From NCBI RefSeq assembly GCF_009914755.1, contig NC_060925.1: 64,000 nucleotides of DNA, one strand, 5' to 3'. The notes below the pieces were generated by a model. That model was not told the DNA's origin and searched no databases. It worked only from the letters and a program-made list of their open reading frames with translations. This stretch comes from the human T2T-CHM13v2.0 reference genome, Homo sapiens. The stretch's first letter is position 1. Each line of letters opens with the position of its first letter. Below, in pieces: positions 51,475-64,000 of the stretch. Made by a program: the position numbers and the translations under genes.

Positions 51475-52760
51475 TATATTTTTTCTTCTTTATAATATAA
51501 TAACTATTTTAGTCCATAATATTATTTGAAAAAATACATATTCTGATAAAGTGACTTCAGGTTGTAGTATTAACTGGCCTAATAGCATTCTGAACTTGTC
51601 AGTGAGTAGTCATGTACTACTCTAAATCAAGTGAAATTACATTTCCAAGTATCCATTCACCACTGCTAAACTAATAGCCGGTCATTTCAATTCTGTTTAT
51701 TAGTGAACAGAATTTTGTTCCTACTATTTTGAGTAGACCTCCTGTGGTTAATGAGTATACATAAGCATCAATCATATCCTCTATCAAGTAGCCTAATGAT
51801 GCTGAGAGGTAGTATCATTATGGTGCTAAATTGTCTTTTGTCTGATGGGAAGAATATTCTCTTCTAGTAATTATGTAAGAGATAGGTCATGAAAATTAGA
51901 AAGTTATATACAGAAAGTGTTATTTTAATTTTCCTTTAGCAAGAATGAACTGTCTTTTTTATCTCATTTTCCTCAATTCCTATCAGGGTATATCATGGCC
52001 CATGTTATTAAGTTCATGGTTCAATTTAGAAATGAGAAATGTGCTTTCAAGGTACTTTGAAGAATTATTCTTTTCTTACACTAAGTCTCATTTGTAAAAC
52101 TTAAGTGGATCATATCTAATATCAAAACAATATTTTTACTTGGTTTACACATGTGAAAATGATTTCAGAACTGCAAAGCGCTATATAAATGGGCAGGCAA
52201 TCAATGATAGTTTTAAATTTTACCTCACAAATAATTAAGGCCTATTAAAGAAAAACACCAAAATAATAATAATAAATCAAGATATTTATTAGAATCTCTC
52301 TATTTAATAGAGAGACTTCAGAAGAATAATATCAAAAAGAAAATGAATAGTTCAGGTTAGTATTTCTGGGGGATAATTATAATTGGAATTTAAGAATAGT
52401 TTATCTTCCTTTTAAAGTAAAGGAATCAAAACGATTCTGTTTTAAAATCCAATAAATTATGGAAGAATAGTGAGTCATTCTTGATACTCTCCCATTCCTT
52501 ATATTTTATATCAAATAAACAATTACCAACTCTCATTAATCTTACCTCCTTCACACCTTTTAAATCATTGAGAGAGTCCTCTTAATCAAAACAATAACAA
52601 TCCAATTATCACTATCATCTCTAATCTTTATTCATGCATCATTCTCCTGATGACATTTCTATCTTCATACATGCTCTCTCTTCCATATAGTCCCCCATTT
52701 CCCGAAGTTATCTTCTAAAGCGCAAAACTCATCTTGTCCTGGATTAAGAAGTTTCTGCTC

Positions 52761-53076
<316 letters not shown>

Positions 53077-53340
53077 CTACAGCAACCTTTGCTTACCATT
53101 ATGATACTATTTATCACACAATAGTCATAGATTTATTATCTAGCTTACCACTGTAATTTTCTCAAAGGCAAAGTCAACATATTTTTCTGTGTATCTCCAG
53201 AGTGTGTTGCTATACTAGGAGCATATTCATGGTTGGATAAATTAGTTTGGAATAAATTCAATGGATCATGTAATTCCACCAAGCAAAGGCTATCAGATAG
53301 GTTCCCTCTTTTTCTTTCCTGTTAATTTTATTCATTTACA

Positions 53341-53660
53341 GACCGGGCATGGTGGCTCACATGTGTAATCCCAGCACTTTGGGAGGCCGAGGCAGGCAGA
53401 TCACCTGAGGTCAGGGGTTCAAGACCAGCCTGGCCAAAATGGTGAAACCCTGTCTCTACTAAAAATACAAAAAAAAAAAAAAAAAAAAAAGGTAGTCTGG
53501 AGTGGTGGTGCACGACTGTAATCCCAGCTACTCAGGGTGCTGAGGCAGGAGAACTGCTTGAACCCAGGAGGAGAGGATGCAGTGAGCCAGGACCGTGCCA
53601 TTGCACTCCAGCCTGGGCAACAAGAATGCAACTCCATCTCAAAAAAAGAATAAAAAAAAA
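53341..53660 (+). mobile_element. AluSq-like
   Basis: Dimer with expanded middle A run; 'gggcaacaaga' diagnostic. Confidence 0.92.
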
Positions 53661-53749
53661 TTGGAAGAAGAAAAAATGTGGCATCAGAACATTTTATTCC
53701 GTGTGTTAAATGGAACTCTGTCAAATGCTGTTGTCTAAAGAAGAAAATA

Positions 53750-53985
53750 CACTGTAATGATAAAGTGTTTATTGTGTGTCAAGCACTCATCTTCATACTT
53801 AATGAAGTGAGGTATGAGAACCCCATTGGGTAGATATTGATACTATCATCTCCATTTTATAGAAGAAAATTAAGGTACAAATAGTTTCAGCAATTTACTG
53901 AAGGTCACATAGAAAGGGGCAGAATTGAAAAGATGAACTCACAAAATATAGGTTTAGCATCTTTAGGTTTAACCATCCTATAATG
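53750..53985 (-). mobile_element. MIR relic
   Basis: 'atcatctccattttatagaagaaaattaaggtaca...aaggtcacatag'. Confidence 0.65.
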
Positions 53986-54774
53986 TCTCAATTTCTGAGG
54001 CACCATGTACACATTCAGGGAATAACAAACACGTACCCTCTCTTTAGTCTCCTTACTACAAATGCCCTTTGAACTTGTGTAGTTAAATATTTGTTAACTG
54101 GCTATCCTTCAATTTCTACTACTTCAGCCACAGACTATTTGTGTAATAGCCATTGTTAAATTTACCTTATTTAAGTCATTAAGCAAATAATAATATTGTG
54201 TAAATAGTGACTATAAACTTCTGGTTATTCTCTTTCTTATGTTTATTTTTTAAATGTATGTGGCCCAGACTTCTAAAGGAACTTCAAATACATTGTAGCC
54301 AGAGAAAGGTTATATAAAACAAACCAAACCAAGCAATGTAAAACAGGTAAACATAAACAAAACAGGTAAACATAAAACTTCATCATGTCAGTATCGTGCT
54401 ACCTGTGGTAACATAGTTTAATTTGGGTGTTAATTGCCAGAAAGGAAGATATAATATATATTTTTCAAAGGTTTCTTATTCATTGTGGAGTTTGTATTTA
54501 ACACTGGTGATACAATGTGGTTATTTAGTTTCACTTGCAGAGAAGAAATCTGTTTCTTAGACATTCTTAACATTGAGTACAACAGATAAGAATCTATGTT
54601 TAATGCTAGTAATTATTTGTGAATAGTGACTTAAGTATTAGCTTCTTTACAAATCCATTTTCAATTAGCGAGTGACAGATATGACCCATTTGCATGGAGG
54701 TTGCTTAAAATGAATTATATTGAGATCGTAACAATAACAATATGATTATTGTATCACTTTATCACAGAGATTAG

Positions 54775-55085
<311 letters not shown>

Positions 55086-55704
55086 GGGGGTCTTAATTCT
55101 TTTTTTCATGCTACTTAAGGATTTATCTAAGATATCTTTTATTTAGCTATTAAAGAAAACAGAGTAGTGAATAGTTTCACTTTTACAGTATTTCTAACTT
55201 ATAATAATATACTTTTAAAAATAAAATATATTTTTGACCATTATATTAAAAATATAAGATATTGAACAGTTCCAAATTTCAGTTCTTAGCAAAGACCTTT
55301 GATAGCTATTTGATCTTGGCCATATCACTTGTCCTATTGTATCTATCTGGATGTGATTAAAATTAACCAATATAAGGCACATAGAGGAACATTCAATGTT
55401 TGTTTATTTCTATTGTTACATGAAGTATGTCTAGGCTGTTATTTTTTAAATATTGATTATCAAAGAGAAGACACCTTGTTCTCAAAATGTGTAACCAGCA
55501 GTAGAAATAATAAAAAAGTCAATGGTTTGATCTTTCTAAAATTTTTCTTTCCTCTCAATAGTTCTTCCTTGGAGAGAGAGTTTATCTTCATAGTAAGTAT
55601 TTCTGCATTTCAGAGCATTCCTCTATCCATTAACAAAGAGCTAGCTCTTCCCTATGTTCTAAGTGATGAGTCTTTTATTCCCAGGTGACTGAACAAATTA
55701 GCCC

Positions 55705-56090
55705 ATTTGAACACTTTGGTTGTTTTCATAACTTGGCTATTGCAAATAATGTGGTTAGAAGGGGAGAGGAGGTGGGGGAAATGGAGAGAGGTTGGTCAAA
55801 GAATACAAAATATTAGGTAGGAAAAATAAGTTCCAGAGATCTAATGCACTGCTTGATAACTAAAGTTAACAATGCCATATTGTATACTGGAAATTTGCTA
55901 AGGGAGTAGATTTCAGATGTTTTCACCACACACACACAGACACATATACGCACAGGCACAAACACAAGTAGTTATGTTGGAAGATGCATATGTTAATTAG
56001 CTTCACTGTAGTAAATATTTTACTATGTAGATCAAAACATCATGTTGTATGCCTTAAATATACACAATTTTCATTCCAAATAAATAATTG
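55705..56090 (+). mobile_element. L1MA7/8-type 3' end with a short inverted 5' piece
   Basis: Antisense 'ggttgttttcataacttggctattgcaaataatg' followed by a sense L1MA 3' UTR. Confidence 0.75.
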
Positions 56091-57239
56091 AATAAACATA
56101 AATACTACTTAGTTTCTACAGCCCATATAATGGCAAAATCCAACAAGGGATTAAAGAACCCGGGTGAGAATTTCTCAGAAACATATGTGAAACCATGTTC
56201 TCATTGGAAGGCCCATCCTTCTTCTCTGGGATATTGTTCTTACATTTGGAGGGTGCTAGACACAAGTAGATGGTGCAATTAAGGTTGGGAGTTAGTCTAT
56301 AAACCTTATAATATGTACTGCTTTGAATGAGGCTTTAGGCACCCCACAATGCACCCTCTTGAACCAGAATGCAGTATGAAGTTGGTAATTCTTTCAAAGG
56401 TTTTGTGAACTCCATTGCTTTGTTTCTGCACAGAGATTACATAGCTAACAGTGAACTGACCAAGCATAAGTAATAGTAGCAAAGTACAATAATCCATTTC
56501 TTTAAAAAAAAATAAAGCAATGGAGACAAAGATAATTAACTAACTTCACTAAGGTCACTTTGTCAGGTAGAACTATGACACAACTCTTTTAAATAGCATC
56601 ATGGGGAAGAAAACCTAGGCTGGAATTTTAAAAACTACTCTTAACTACTGAAATTAAGTTTTATATATGAACCCTTATGACATATACAATTTTGGATTTC
56701 TGGATTTTTTTTTCTTCATTCTCTACTTATTTTTTACACTGAAAGGTTAAAATTTTCTGGCATAGCTCTAACACATAATGGATAAAAAAAACTTAATTAG
56801 TTCTTCTCTTCAGATTTCAGGTCAAAATCACATACTGACTACACATTAAAAAGGGGCAAAACATTTTCAATGTTGGCATTTATGTGTAGATCTAGTACAA
56901 TTATTATTGAAGGCAGACATCCCAATGCAGATGATAATGAAGGAATGGACTGACTATACGATCCTGACTATTACAGGATAAAACATTCATTTCCACCCTG
57001 CTTATCACATTAGGTATTCTCGTAAGTTCTCAGTTGCTTTATTATCAGCATATATGACATCCAAATTCAGGCCATAAGTATTAGTAATAATTATAGATCC
57101 ATAGAACTTAAAGATCAGAAATTTTAAGCAGTAATATTAATTATCCAAGACTATGACCACATATATAATTCATTTACGCTGTACAACTAGAAACTCAACT
57201 ACCATGTGGCCCAGAGGAATATTTGAAATCTGCCCTATA

Positions 57240-57568
57240 CTGTTTGTTCCTTGTTATCCAAGCGGGATTGGTTCCAAAGCTCCCCATGGATAACAAAATC
57301 AACAAATGCTCATGTTCCTTAGACAAAATGGTGTAGTATTTCCGTATAACCTACATACATCCTCCCATATACTTAAAATCATCTCTAGATTATTTATAAT
57401 ACCTAATACAATATAAATGCTATGTAATTGGTTGTTATACTATATTGTTTGGAAAATAATGACAAAATAGTCTGTACATGTTCAGTACTGATGAAATCAT
57501 CCATTTTTCCCCCAAATGTTTTCATTGTTGGTTATATCCATGAATGTGAAACCCATGGATATCAACTG
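57240..57568. mobile_element. MER2 (Tigger-family MITE)
   Basis: TA flanks; 'aaatcatctctagattatttataatacctaatacaat' core. Confidence 0.85.
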
Positions 57569-58007
57569 TATATTAAATGGTGACTTCCTGAAAAAGCCTT
57601 CTCATTCTCTTCTAAAACAGAGTAATATAAATTTTAAAAAATTGTTAACTCAAAAAATATTTTGGACAATTAATAGACTATCTATTTAGCTAGGTAAGTT
57701 TTGAAGCTTTGTCACAAAAGAGAAAATTTGGACTATGAAAGAAATCAAAAGTGAGATTTACAATATTGATGCTCAGTAAATGAATGTTGACATAATGAAT
57801 AAATGAGATTTTGCCAGAATAATAATTCGAGGTATTATCCAACATGCCATTTAAATCAAAACTTATTTTTAAAGTATAATTTTAAAAATATTTGCTGGCA
57901 TAAAAAAATCAATGATGAAGGCAAGATGAAAAACACAGTAGTTAGGCTTTATTTTTGGGATTTACATCAAAAAACAAAAATTTTGATTGCTTCTTATTTC
58001 TATCCAG

Positions 58008-58458
58008 TGTATTGGTTTTCTAGAGCTGCTGTAACAAAGTATCACAAACTGGGATAGCATAAAACGATCAAAATTTTATTCTCTCTGGAGGTTCAAAGTC
58101 TGAAATCAAAATGTCAGGAAGACCATACTTCTTCTGAAGGCTCTAAGAAAAATTTGTTTCTTGCCTCTGTCCTAGCTTCTGATGGTTAAGAGCAATCCTT
58201 GATATCCCTTGACTTGTAGTTACGTCACTCTAATCTCTGCCTCTGTTATCACGTGGCCTATTTCTCTGTTTGTACCTGTATTTCTGTGTCCAAATTTCCC
58301 TCTTATTATTATATATCTGTCATTGGATTTAGGGCCCTTTCTGATCCAGTATGCTTTCATATTAACTAATTACATCTGCAAAGACCCTATTTCCAAATAA
58401 GATCACATTCACAGGTCCTGAGTGGACATGAATTTGCGGGACCACTCTGTTCAGTACA
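58008..58458 (-). mobile_element. MaLR solo LTR, MLT1B/C-type
   Basis: 'gctgctgtaacaaagtatcacaaactggg' ... 'tacatctgcaaagaccctatttccaaataag'. Confidence 0.85.
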
Positions 58459-59371
58459 CAAAGTCTCTATTGTAAATATACAATGGTTTTCAACTTGAGT
58501 CTATAATCAAAGTTCTCTTTTGGAGTGTGTTTGTGGTAGTGGTGTTTCTTTACATATAAACTAGATACATTTTAAAACTGTTGAAGTTCCTTGTCCGTTT
58601 CTTATGTTTAAATGCTTTCCTCTCCTAATTCAAGTAGTTTATTAATCTCAAGTTGATTGAGGACATATAGTTAATTTTCAATTTACTGGTTATAAAATTA
58701 TTGTATACAGTGTTCCTAGTGTCTTCATGGAGACACTTAGACAATAACTAGTTTCCTCCTTTTCTTACAAGTGCACAATCTTTTTCAAACTGCAGTTTCA
58801 TTTTCCCCAAAAGGTTTGTAATACTGCAGCATTTTCAGATGATTTAAGGATTTTTTTTCTTTTACATTGACCCATCTCTAAAATAAGGGTGCTTTTCAGA
58901 ATGCTAGAAACCCATGCATCCCACTTCAGTCCTATATTTTCTTTGGCCAATAATGGGTGAACAGTTGGAAATAACTCTTTTTTTCCCCCAAACATTTGAA
59001 GCTATCATCTCTTATTACTATTGCTTCTTTTCTCATTGTATTTCTAGAGAAAGAGAGCTGAAATGTAGTAACATTCCAGCCTCAAAACTACTTATATTGA
59101 TTTTGGTACACCAATAGAAGTAACACTTAGGAAACTCCGTATTCTTATCTCTGGCATTTTTAATAAAATATTCAGCAGAAATACGTTAAATTCTTCGGAA
59201 AATGTAAAGGTTTTTAAAAGCAAAAATAATCTTAAACTAAAATTCTTATTTCATTACTACCTTATGAGAATAAAATGCATTTATTTTAGGTATTTTTTAT
59301 ATGCCTAGCAGTTATTTTAATTAAAAAATAGTCTTATAATAAGTTAAATATAAAAACAAACAGAAGGGAAA

Positions 59372-59585
59372 CATACATATGTGTGTGGTTAAATATATAT
59401 GTATATGCACTTTGTATATATACTTAACACTTTGTGTAGTTAAATATATATGTATATGAACTTTGTGTATATATACATATATATACATATACCTACATAT
59501 GATTTTATTATTATAACATATAATTCAGACCTATGTGTACATATATGTTTATAATGTATATAATACAGATATATGCATATTATGT
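59372..59585. repeat. TA-rich low-complexity tract with ~51-bp tandem duplication
   Basis: 'gttaaatatatatgtatatg.actttgt' occurs twice. Confidence 0.8.
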
Positions 59586-60231
59586 AGTTAGTATAGCCAT
59601 TGAAAGAAAAAATTTTAATTACAATGAATGTTTGATATTTGATGCTCTACACCATCTTAGTGGGAAGAAGAGGGTGTTAAAATATCTAAGTAGAGTCCTG
59701 TGATTTTTCCCACTTCCTCCATAATGTCCCAAGACCTCTGGTTCCTTGAATGCCCTAGTGGTATCTAATCATAGAATTTGTAATTGATGAGCGCAGATCA
59801 TTTGCTTGAGCTCTGGCAATGCTCAACTGGCATTATAATTTGAGCTTTGGCTATAACCCCTATTAGGTCTTGATGTGCATAGACCTACCTCCTCTCCATT
59901 TGTAGTGACCCAATCAGTGACATTCATCAATCTCACCTATAACTCACTAATGTATCACTCTTTAAGTCATGAATGAACTTCTGCATGCATTCCAGACCAT
60001 AAAGCTTTCTTGATGTTTAAAGTCAAGACCTCCCTCTGCCAAACAGTGATGTGTCGAATGGTATACTTTGATCAGGTCAAACCCATCAGGCCTTCTCCTT
60101 ACAGAGTTTAAATGGGAAACATCTGTTTTAGTTTCCCTCATATCTCCTTCATACCTGTATGTTTCTAAAGCCATATCCCAGGCTTAGTCATGAAACAGAA
60201 ATAAGAAAAAGCAGGAACCCTAACACTGGTC

Positions 60232-60401
60232 TACAAGCCTTTTTTAGAAATGCTTGGGGCCTGATGTGTTTCCGAATTCAGAATTCGGGGGATTTAGAAA
60301 GGTAATTATGTAAATATATTATATATTTAATTATACCTTCAGTGGGATTTGAGGTAATACTCCCAATGACATATATTAATATTTCTGTGTGTATATACCT
60401 G

Positions 60402-60433
<32 letters not shown>

Positions 60434-60492
60434 AGTGTAAAACACAGAGATGATAAGATACAGCCTCTCATCAGTACAAGTCAGTTTCTGCA
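60232..60492 (+). mobile_element. MER46C-like Tigger MITE fragment containing (CA)n
   Basis: 'gaaatgcttggggcctgatgtgtttccgaattcagaatt...tttagaaaggtaat'. Confidence 0.7.
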
Positions 60493-60633
60493 CATTATTC
60501 CTATACTAGAACAGAAGATGGATAACTAGATGAGGCCCTGATATGCTAAGAATATCAAAAATACCTCTGCCTTCTGAGACACAAAACAAGTTTATAAATT
60601 ATCTTTCCCTTTTCACACCCCAACTTTCAAAGA

Positions 60634-60971
60634 CAGTCAGTCCTCCATAATAACCATGGGTTCCACACCCACAGATTCAACAAACCACAGATTAAAAATA
60701 TCTGAAAGAAAAACAGCACAGATAACAATACAACAATAAAATACAATACAAATTTTTAAAATCTCATAGGGTTTAACACCGATTTGCATATCCTTTACAT
60801 TGTATTAGATATTATACATAATGTATAGATGATTTAAGGATATGGAAGGATATGCATAGGTTAGATGCAAATACTACATCATCATTTGATATAAGGGATT
60901 TGAACATCCATGGGTTTTGGTATTCCAGGGTGTCCTGTAGCCAATCCCCCACAGATTTGAAGGGATGACTG
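60634..60971. mobile_element. Tigger3a/MER2-group MITE
   Basis: TIR-like CAGTCAGTCCTC / AGGGATGACTG followed by TA; body typical of the group. Confidence 0.8.
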
Positions 60972-61309
60972 TATTTCCTTACTCAAAAAGGCCAAAACCT
61001 GTTCTCTCCTGCCTTGGGTCCATAAGTATTCTGGCTCAATCTTAGATGGGGAAGGCTGCAAATAAACATTATTTAAAAGATAAACATGTCAAGTGAAAAT
61101 TAAATATGATAGTCAATATAAATTACTTTGAAAAATAAAACTGATTATAAATATAATAAATATTTTTATTTTACTTATTTCCAATTAACAATTTAAAAAT
61201 TAATACAGGAAAAATTATTACTGGATGCTACAGCAAGCTCTTGGTTTAGTAAACCAGATATTCACACTTCACAGACTACTGTGAAATAAGTATCATTTCA
61301 CAGACTACT

Positions 61310-62250
61310 TACCAATTGCAGAAGGGAAAATAAAAGCCCCTTTACAATGGATAAATCTGGGGCATACTATCTTAAAAACTGTTAATCAAAGTTAGTACTA
61401 CTATGCCTGTAATCCCAGTAGTTTGGGAGGCCAAGGCAGGTGGATCACTTGAGGTCAGGAGTTTGAGACTGGCCTGGCCAACATGGTGAAACCCTGTCTA
61501 CCAAAAATACAAAAATTAGCCAAATGTGGTGGTGCATGCCTGTAGTCCCAGCTACTTGGGGGGCTGAGGCAGGAGCTAAGATAGTGCCACTGCACTCCAG
61601 CCTGGGTGACAGAGTGAGATTCTGTGTCAAAAAAAAAAAAAAGCTGTATTACTAATAAACAAATTGATGTCACATTGAGGATATATCACCTGCTTAGTAT
61701 TCTTGAGGAAAAGGTAATTTTAATTGTGAGGAAACATTCAGACACTTTCAAATTAATAATCACTCTAGAACACAACTATCAAGGACTCTAAATAAAAAAA
61801 AGACTCCCTCCCCAGAAAAGCTGTACAGCATCTAAGGGAGGCTAAAGAAACTTGATAATTAAATGTGTGACTTTTGGCTCCTGGATTAAAAAGTGTAAAA
61901 AAATTATTTGTCCAATGAGACAAATGTTGAAATTATAGACTCTAGGTTAGATTGTATAACAATGGCAAAATTGTATTTCTTGAATTTGATAAGGGTATAT
62001 TAGTAATGCATAACAAAATGCCCATGTACTTAGGAGATGTATGACGAAGTAACTAGGTTGAAATTACTTCCAAACGGTTATAAAAATTAAAAAGGTGCCT
62101 GTATATAAAGAAAAAAATGAAAGGAGAGTAAGGAGGAGGAGGAGAACTTGAAGATATAAAAAAATACAACAAAATATTAACAGTTTGTAAATCTAGTTGA
62201 AAAAAAGAACTGTATGGGTATATCTTATACTATTCCTTTAAGCAGAGAAA
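61310..62250 (+). mobile_element. Old L1MC/ME 3' relic hosting an Alu
   Basis: Degenerate L1M 3' UTR motifs ('aatattaacagtttgtaaatctag...tcttatactattc'). Confidence 0.55.
61403..61642 (+). mobile_element. AluS with 5' truncation and right-arm deletion
   Basis: 'gaggcaggagctaagat' skips ~40 bp of the right arm; TSD-like aaagttagtactacta / aaagctgtattacta. Confidence 0.92.
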
Positions 62251-64000
62251 ACATGTTTCAATATGAGTATGATTGTAAACATTTAATGTTTATTTGTGGT
62301 TTTCTGAAAGGATTTTTGTAACAAACACAGTTAGGAAACATGAGCTGTAATGATGTTACTAATTACTAGGATAACTTTGCTGCCTAAACTTTTCCTCAGT
62401 TTCTACATTGGTGAATGAATCTCCACAGTATCTTTATCTCTAAAATTCTATGAACACGAAATATCTAATTTGAACTGATTTATACAAGTACTTGGGGGAA
62501 GAGTCAACTAAGGGAAACAAAATGTTTACTGTGGCGTAGATACGATCTTAAAATCAACTGAACACAGTATAGAAAAGAGTGTAGAAAAAAACTGTTGGAA
62601 TAGGATGTGTCACGTCAACCATACTTCTGCCTTTCCCCAGTGTTTCCCTATTGTATTTCAGTTTACTCCCCTTTTATCAATAATTCTAATTCAAAAATAA
62701 TCTAAACAATGAGTGGCAATTTTTATAAAATATTTTTTAATGTAGAATTCCTCTCAACACAAAAATGAAATACCAATCATCAGTGTATTATTTATTTACA
62801 ACAAATTTAGACAATTCGATAAATCTGTGTAAAGCATTCAGGTAATCAACAAAGAATTTTGACATTCATAAAAAAACACTACGCTCAACAGACTGTCATG
62901 ACACTATATAATAGATTGATTTTTAATGTAGTGTAGAGATTAGTCTCAGTGAATAGAGATTACTGACTATAATTAGTTTTGGTGACTTAGAAAAATATTA
63001 TCTATGATGATTGATGATACTCCAGCCATGTATGTGAGAGCCAATAATTAAATTAAATTACACACATGACATGAAGGAATTTTATGCCATTTTATTTGTG
63101 CATTGTAAGATTATCCTTATCTAAGAATTATTCAGTAATGTTTTGGCCAATCCAATTTTATTTTAATAGATTTATATAAAAGTTTTGTTAGCTACTAATT
63201 AGTTGGAAAATTTTAAATCTGCTGTGTTATGCTGCTTTATGTGTACATTTTCGATAGACTATTTTAAAACAATTGTTCTTATCCAGGGACATTTTAGAAA
63301 ATAAATTCTATTGCAAGCAATCGTGTGTTTTTTCATTTTTTTTTTCTGACACTGGGATTATGCTATGGTTGTGTTAACTGAACACTAACTGGATCCGTTC
63401 AATTAACTTCTTCAGTCATGCTATAGAAACCTTCGCCTAATATAGAAAATCATATAATTTATTGTCACACTCTAATATACATTCAAGTTTTTGAAATAAT
63501 GAGCCCTGAATGCTACTTTTCTAATTTATGTGCAATCAAGTTGCATAACCTCCCTTCATATACTTTATAAAGAATCTATGCACAGGATAGAATGATTGAC
63601 TGGTGAGAAATATTCTAAAATATAGACATTATCCTGTCTTTTGTTTTCCATATACCTTTTCCTATGCTTTCCTTTCAATCCTACAAAATGGTATCACACA
63701 AATTTGGCATGGCACGAATAGCTCATACCAACCTGACCCCAACAAAAGTTTCCATCTAATCCCAGCATATATGTGACATTCATGTCATACCAGACCATCA
63801 GTCTCAAATACTTTATTCGTTTTCATGTTCTAATGCCTTTCTTTACACTGAGGTTGGTAGTCATATCAGAGTCATAAGGGTTCTTGTTCACTATGTTTTC
63901 AAAGAAAATGGTAAGAATGTACCTTTCTGCTCCTTTTGAAGAGTGATGTGGATACATGTCTTACTTCCATGAGTCAACCATGAACATAAGTATGTCACTT

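Noticed and set aside
54340-54377. 19-bp tandem duplication aaaacaggtaaacataaa
   Set aside because: Ordinary slippage duplication with no sign of function

Overview
AT-rich, repeat-dense primate (human-like) genomic DNA. I found no supportable host protein-coding gene, RNA gene or CRISPR array; the informative ORFs are retroelement or transposon relics, and the rest are Alu/microsatellite artefacts or chance frames. Main contents: (1) a ~6.8 kb decayed class III (ERV-L/HERV-S-like) provirus at 11649-18489 with PR, RT, RNase H, IN, a gamma-type env TM, a tRNA-Ser-like PBS and a MER54/MER73-type 3' LTR. It has no 5' LTR and is bracketed by an atypical 9-10 bp direct repeat. (2) An internally deleted HERV-L/MLT2A provirus (44478-49306) with IN and dUTPase relics, whose 3' LTR is split by a HERV-K (MER11D-like) solo LTR. 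(3) An internally deleted Tigger2, several MITEs, many solo LTRs (MER50, MLT1, MLT2, MSTA, THE1, MER11), L1s (including twin-primed and internally deleted copies), six Alus, and MIR/L2 relics. Family names come from recalled consensus similarity, not from a database search.
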